A stretch of 64,000 nt of DNA from an uncultured delta proteobacterium (GTDB lineage: Bacteria > Desulfobacterota > WTBG01). Where the stretch lies: positions 896,001 through 960,000 of the forward strand of contig CAWCBP010000001.1 of NCBI GenBank assembly GCA_963793865.1, written 5' to 3'. Position numbers and translations under genes: made by a program. Positions within the stretch are counted from its first letter, which is position 1; every line of letters begins with the position of its first letter. This document shows positions 59,905 through 64,000 of the stretch, one piece after another. The notes under the pieces are model-generated. The model made no database searches and was not told the DNA's origin. It saw only the letters and a program-made list of their open reading frames with translations.

Positions 59905-61644
59905 ATGAAACGTATCACTGTTCTCTGTGCGCCGTATCTTTCGCTCTGGCACGGGCTTCTGGCCCTCGCATGCATAATACTCATATACCTCACCGGTGTT
60001 CACATCAGCGAGGCGCTTAATACGTCCTCATGTTACACCGTCTTCAATGCAGAAGAGGCGTTATTAAGCTGGGAACCGTCCCGGGGCGAAGTTGACCACT
60101 ACCTGCTGGAAATTACGGATACGCATCTGTTAGGTAATCAATTGTCACCTCATAGCAGCAGCATGTCGACCATCCGCCATGCCACATCCGCTCTGACCAG
60201 CTACCGCCTTGCGTGCACTCACAATCACTCCTATCAGGTGCGCGTTAAGGCCATTTCGCCGTGTGGCGCATCTTCAGAATATTCCGAGAAGAGCATTCTC
60301 TTTATTTGCGACCAGCAACCGCCGCGGCTTATGTGCGACCCCCTGCCCTACCCTCATCAGAAAGTTCGCGCTCAAAACATGAGCGTGACCGGGAGTTTTG
60401 ATGAAGCACATCTTTCCTCCATTGTCGTAAATGATGCACCTGCGGCCATAGATTATCAGATGCGCACGTTCCGCGCCGAGCTGACATTGACACCGGGTGA
60501 AAATGCCATCGTGCTTCATGCCCGCGACCTCGCCGGCAATTCCTCAACAGAGAGGTCAAGCGTCATCTATGCCCCGGTAACCATACTTTCATTTCCCGGG
60601 AATGCCGGGCTTTACTGGAACGGAAACTATGCCTATGCGGGCAGCTATGGAGGCACTACGCCCCGCTCATATAATCACGCCGGACAGAAAAAACAGACAC
60701 TGCGCATTTCCCTTCCCGGATTTCAGGACTTTTTCGGCATCATCGATTTCTCAGATCCTTCACAGGACAGCTACTCAATAACCCTCAATCAACATGTGCC
60801 GCCCGTATTCACCCGCATCGATCCGCTTGTGCCAGCCGGAGAAGGTGACCTGGCCCATTCGAGCCCTCATCCCTTTGTGGTTGATTATAATCTTGATGGC
60901 GCAAAGGACCTGCTGGTGGGAAACGGCGATGGTACGGTCGGACTCTTTTTGAATCGCGGCAGCAATGACATGCCCGTTCTCTCGGATACAGCAACCCTGC
61001 TTATCGGCGAAGACGGGCCTATTGATGCGGGCACTGATGCGGCTCCGTTTATGCTCGACTTTGATAATAATGGCACCTTTGACCTGCTGGTAGGAAACGG
61101 TGAAGGATTGCTTTATTATTATGATAACACCGGGAGCAACATCTCCCCCGTTTTCAGTGCTCCGTCCACCGTGAACTGCCTCGATGGATCGGCCATGCAG
61201 GTTGAAAGCGGCTGCACACCCTGGGTTGCCGACTGGAATAAAGACGGCAGGAAGGACCTCCTGCTGGGAAGCGGAAGCGGCGCACTCATGCTCTCAATCA
61301 ACGAAGGGAGCGATAGCCAACCCGTGTTCGCTCCCTTGCGTCAGGTCGGCACGGGAGATACGGCACTGTGGCCCGACGGACCCTCCGCGCCCTGTGTTTT
61401 TGACTGGAATCAGGACGGTCAGATGGATGTGCTGACGGGTACGGGTAACGGTCATATCCACGTCTATTACATGGCCGGAGGAGAGAAGGAACCGGTGCTG
61501 TCGGCAGATGAACTCATCCAGCTCAACGGCCAGGCGCTGATGCTCGAGGGCGCAACATCTCCCTTTCCCGTGGACTGGAACCAGGACGGACAAACCGATC
61601 TTCTGATAGGAATGCGAGGAGGAGGCGTGTACTGCGCTCAGTAA
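59905..61644 (+). CDS. Secreted protein: FN3-like and Ig-like domains, C-terminal FG-GAP/VCBS repeats
   Basis: LSWEPS..VDHYLLEI..YQVRVKA; LTPGENAI...ARDLAGN; five D(Y/F/W)(N/D)xDG..D(L/V)LxG repeats. Confidence 0.8.
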   Translation: MKRITVLCAPYLSLWHGLLALACIILIYLTGVHISEALNTSSCYTVFNAEEALLSWEPSRGEVDHYLLEITDTHLLGNQLSPHSSSMSTIRHATSALTSYRLACTHNHSYQVRVKAISPCGASSEYSEKSILFICDQQPPRLMCDPLPYPHQKVRAQNMSVTGSFDEAHLSSIVVNDAPAAIDYQMRTFRAELTLTPGENAIVLHARDLAGNSSTERSSVIYAPVTILSFPGNAGLYWNGNYAYAGSYGGTTPRSYNHAGQKKQTLRISLPGFQDFFGIIDFSDPSQDSYSITLNQHVPPVFTRIDPLVPAGEGDLAHSSPHPFVVDYNLDGAKDLLVGNGDGTVGLFLNRGSNDMPVLSDTATLLIGEDGPIDAGTDAAPFMLDFDNNGTFDLLVGNGEGLLYYYDNTGSNISPVFSAPSTVNCLDGSAMQVESGCTPWVADWNKDGRKDLLLGSGSGALMLSINEGSDSQPVFAPLRQVGTGDTALWPDGPSAPCVFDWNQDGQMDVLTGTGNGHIHVYYMAGGEKEPVLSADELIQLNGQALMLEGATSPFPVDWNQDGQTDLLIGMRGGGVYCAQ

Positions 61645-61696
61645 GACGGCCTTTTAGATGACTCGGATCGGTGAAAAGGCCGGGCGGCTAAAATCT

Positions 61697-61725
61697 TTGA
61701 CATTGCAGTGGATTAAGTCTATATT
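61697..61725 (+). promoter_or_regulatory. Putative sigma70 promoter for the RHH gene
   Basis: TTGACA-N17-TATATT. Confidence 0.6.
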
Positions 61726-61783
61726 GGAAATGAACGCTTATGCAATGCACCGGAACCGGACCGCCTGAAGATAAACAGTGCCC

Positions 61784-62011
61784 ATGGAATCAAAGAGCGA
61801 TACAAAAGTAACCATCAAAATACCGAGACCGCTTTACAACAGCCTGAAAGCGCTGATTGCGGACTCGGGATTCAACTCGGTAAACGATTTTATCGTGTAC
61901 ATTCTGCGTGATATTGCATCCATTACCAAAACAGATGTAAACGGCCAGTTTGAAAATGAAGAGATAGAAACGGTAAAGGAACGCCTGCGCAATCTGGGCT
62001 ATCTGGGTTAA
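61784..62011 (+). CDS. Ribbon-helix-helix (CopG-like) regulator
   Basis: KVTIKIPRPLY..LK..I..SGF.SV.DFIVYILR...VKERLRNLGYL. Confidence 0.75.
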   Translation: MESKSDTKVTIKIPRPLYNSLKALIADSGFNSVNDFIVYILRDIASITKTDVNGQFENEEIETVKERLRNLGYLG

Positions 62012-62014
62012 ACG

Positions 62015-63097
62015 CTAACAGGGCACGCTTTTGCTGTTAGGGTATAACACGTGGCAGGCGCCTTTGACCAGACCGAATGGTCCGGTAAGCATCATGTTGC
62101 CGTGCGGGGCTGCATATTGAACGTGCAGCCTGCTTTTTTGTAACAGCTTTCTTCTGGGACCGGTTACCATAATCGGTTGTGTAGTGTCAAACCCGCCCGC
62201 ATCAAGTATGGCCGCCCCGTGTCCCCCGTCATTGAGCACTTCCTCCGATGTGATATTCCCCTGTATAAAACGTTCCAGCAATGTGTCCAGCTTCTCCGTG
62301 GTAAGGCATGAGGTGTGATGCTCCATCAGGCCGCTCAGAGTGCCGCCGGTTACCATTGCGGCAATGGTGTGGCTATTGCCCACATTTACGACAATTGATG
62401 AGCGCCTATCCTCAAGGCAGCCAAGGATCGCGGCAAAGCAGGTATCCATGACGACCACGGGGCAGCCGCACTGGTGCTGTGCAGCGGTTGCCACTGCCCT
62501 CATACGCTTAAAACAGGGGGGTATGGTGTCCAGTGCGTAGGCAAAGCCTTCCAGGCTGCCCACCCCCTTCAAGTGCTGCTCAATCATTTTGAACCTGAAA
62601 GCGCGGTTGGACGCCGGCTCGGGCGGAACGCCATGATCCTGTACCGCTACCGCCACGCAATCGATATCGCCGGACTCCCCGAAGTAGGATAAAAATTGTT
62701 TCACATATGACCAGTCAAATTCACACAAGTGCATCGATCCCGGCTGGACATTGCTGCAGGAAGGTTGGCCGACTTCTATGTCAATGCCGTATGCACGCAC
62801 CTGATCAAGGCTGTTCCGAAGGGTAAACGCGGCGTCCTCGGTCATCATGACGCGATAACCCTTCTTACGGTGCCGGATGAGCGCGGAGGCAATGTCCCCT
62901 CCTCCGATGGCATCGCCGCTTATAAACAGGTCATGATCGCTTCGCTCAATCTGTTGAACGTAACGCCGTGTGGGTGATGGCAGAATCATGCTGATGCAAT
63001 TTTCAGGGGTCTCACCCTCATCATACAGCAATATATCCTGCGTCCCTGCTCCGATATCCACAGCCAGTATTTTACGCAATGATCCTGTCATGGGCAT
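62015..63097 (-). CDS. DUF1786 family protein
   Basis: ILAVDIGAGTQDIL, ENC..MILPSPT, AVQDHG, SNR.FRF, MDT..AA, N.GNSHT, EHHT, DGGHG, TGPRR, AAP.G.MMLTG.FGL. Confidence 0.8.
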   Translation of the reverse strand: MPMTGSLRKILAVDIGAGTQDILLYDEGETPENCISMILPSPTRRYVQQIERSDHDLFISGDAIGGGDIASALIRHRKKGYRVMMTEDAAFTLRNSLDQVRAYGIDIEVGQPSCSNVQPGSMHLCEFDWSYVKQFLSYFGESGDIDCVAVAVQDHGVPPEPASNRAFRFKMIEQHLKGVGSLEGFAYALDTIPPCFKRMRAVATAAQHQCGCPVVVMDTCFAAILGCLEDRRSSIVVNVGNSHTIAAMVTGGTLSGLMEHHTSCLTTEKLDTLLERFIQGNITSEEVLNDGGHGAAILDAGGFDTTQPIMVTGPRRKLLQKSRLHVQYAAPHGNMMLTGPFGLVKGACHVLYPNSKSVPC

Positions 63098-63700
63098 TCA
63101 GTCATGAATTCGCTGCTTGAGAAGCGACAAAAGTCGGTTGTAATCATCGCCGGGCATTCCCGGATTGAGCAGATTAAGCCTCAGGATCGTCAGTCGCGGA
63201 TTAAAAGCTTCAATGCCCTGCACCAATTCCCGGCCGGGATCCATTCCATTAATCTGATTTATAACAGCTAGATCTGCATTTTTTATGGCGTGCACGCGGC
63301 TCGGCTTCATGGCGCCGAAGGGGGGCGCAATGACAAAAAATGCAACCGTGGGACGCAGGTGTCTGAGGATGCTGTTTCCTTCAATGAGTATTCCCTTGCA
63401 GGGAACCACTTTCCCCAGGGCAATCACCATGGAATCGTGCAGGTGCTCTTCAGTCGACCGCACCCACACGACTTTAACGGCGCCGCTCTGCTTCATGCGG
63501 CAGGTATCGGTTGCGGGCGACATGATATCGCGTTCGTCATCAATAACCGCCAGGTCTTTGTCGGTAATGGTAATCTTGATGGCGGCAAATTGCGGGAGAT
63601 TGCGCAAGAGGATTTCTGCAAGGGCTGTTTTCCCCGCACCCTTTCGGGCGCCGGAAACGGTGACAATGCGCCGGTTGCCAATGAGGTCGCTGAGCTGCAA
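63098..63700 (-). CDS. Small P-loop protein (MobB-like), unknown function
   Basis: VTVSGARKGAGKT, AIKIT, DT.RM..SGA..V.W, IEGNS; probable TTG start at 63700 just after the moaA stop. Confidence 0.65.
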   Translation of the reverse strand: MQLSDLIGNRRIVTVSGARKGAGKTALAEILLRNLPQFAAIKITITDKDLAVIDDERDIMSPATDTCRMKQSGAVKVVWVRSTEEHLHDSMVIALGKVVPCKGILIEGNSILRHLRPTVAFFVIAPPFGAMKPSRVHAIKNADLAVINQINGMDPGRELVQGIEAFNPRLTILRLNLLNPGMPGDDYNRLLSLLKQRIHD

Positions 63701-63702
63701 TC

Positions 63703-64000
63703 TTACCCCCCGATGCTGACCATATCCCGGGCACATTTTCTGAAGGAAGGTTCACACAGGGCGTGTTTTTCCGGCTTGGCGGAGAGCGCTGCGTGGAGGA
63801 GGGCCTTTAAAGCATCGTCGTCGCCGCCCTGGCGCAGCATGTATCGCATGTCAAACTCTCTGTCGGAAAAGAGGCAGGGCCTTAATTTGCCGTCGGCAGT
63901 GAGGCGAAGACGATTACAGGAAGCGCAAAAATGGTTGCTGATGGCATTGATGAAGCCGATGACACCACGGCCGCCTTCTATGCGGAAGAGATCCGCCGGT
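63703..64000 (-). CDS. moaA: GTP 3',8-cyclase MoaA, C-terminal part (partial), with a 1-nt insertion near 63796
   Basis: IGFINAISNHFCASCNRLRLTADGKLRPCLF; removing one C gives ...AKPEKH...RDMVSIGG*, the conserved MoaA GG terminus. Confidence 0.9.
   Translation of the reverse strand, partial: PADLFRIEGGRGVIGFINAISNHFCASCNRLRLTADGKLRPCLFSDREFDMRYMLRQGGDDDALKALLHAALSAKPEKHALCEPSFRKCARDMVSIGG

Noticed and set aside
1..64000. tRNA, rRNA, IS/transposase, integrase, prophage or CRISPR features
   Set aside because: None recognised by eye; tRNAscan-SE, Infernal and ISEScan would be needed to exclude them formally

Overview
Chromosomal window from a moderately GC-rich bacterium. The gene order secA-argJ / rpsB-tsf-pyrH-frr-uppS-cdsA-dxr-rseP-tsaB-DUF465-ilvBNC-pssA-leuA points to Desulfobacterota ('Deltaproteobacteria'); this is inferred from synteny and protein style. 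About 20-57 kb is mostly housekeeping: translation, isoprenoid/lipid synthesis, ilv/leu/trp, folC, lptD. About 3-20 kb is accessory. It holds a rifampin-phosphotransferase-like PEP-utiliser, two broken TRL-like lipoprotein genes, and a light/photo-oxidative-stress cluster (class II photolyase, DUF523/DUF1722, crtI, crtYc/Yd-like, crtE, TIGR01777, periplasmic MsrAB, lipocalin). It ends with the most unusual gene: a peptidase-S51/cyanophycinase-like hydrolase with an intact Ser-His-Glu triad, fused to the DALR and anticodon-binding module of cysteinyl-tRNA synthetase. SecA carries an 8-Cys insert in its VAR region and a Bacteroidota-like PPXD insertion. The right end holds PilZ, FN3/discoidin and FG-GAP surface proteins, an RHH regulator and a moaA-P-loop-DUF1786 operon. 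Single-base frameshifts in phr, the ThuA-Gfo gene, ilvB, moaA and both TRL genes most likely reflect long-read indel errors. The ORF track misses a 56-aa 2[4Fe-4S] ferredoxin and a partial MshEN-domain gene. No tRNA, rRNA, CRISPR array or IS element was recognised. Family assignments come from motif recognition by eye, not from database searches.
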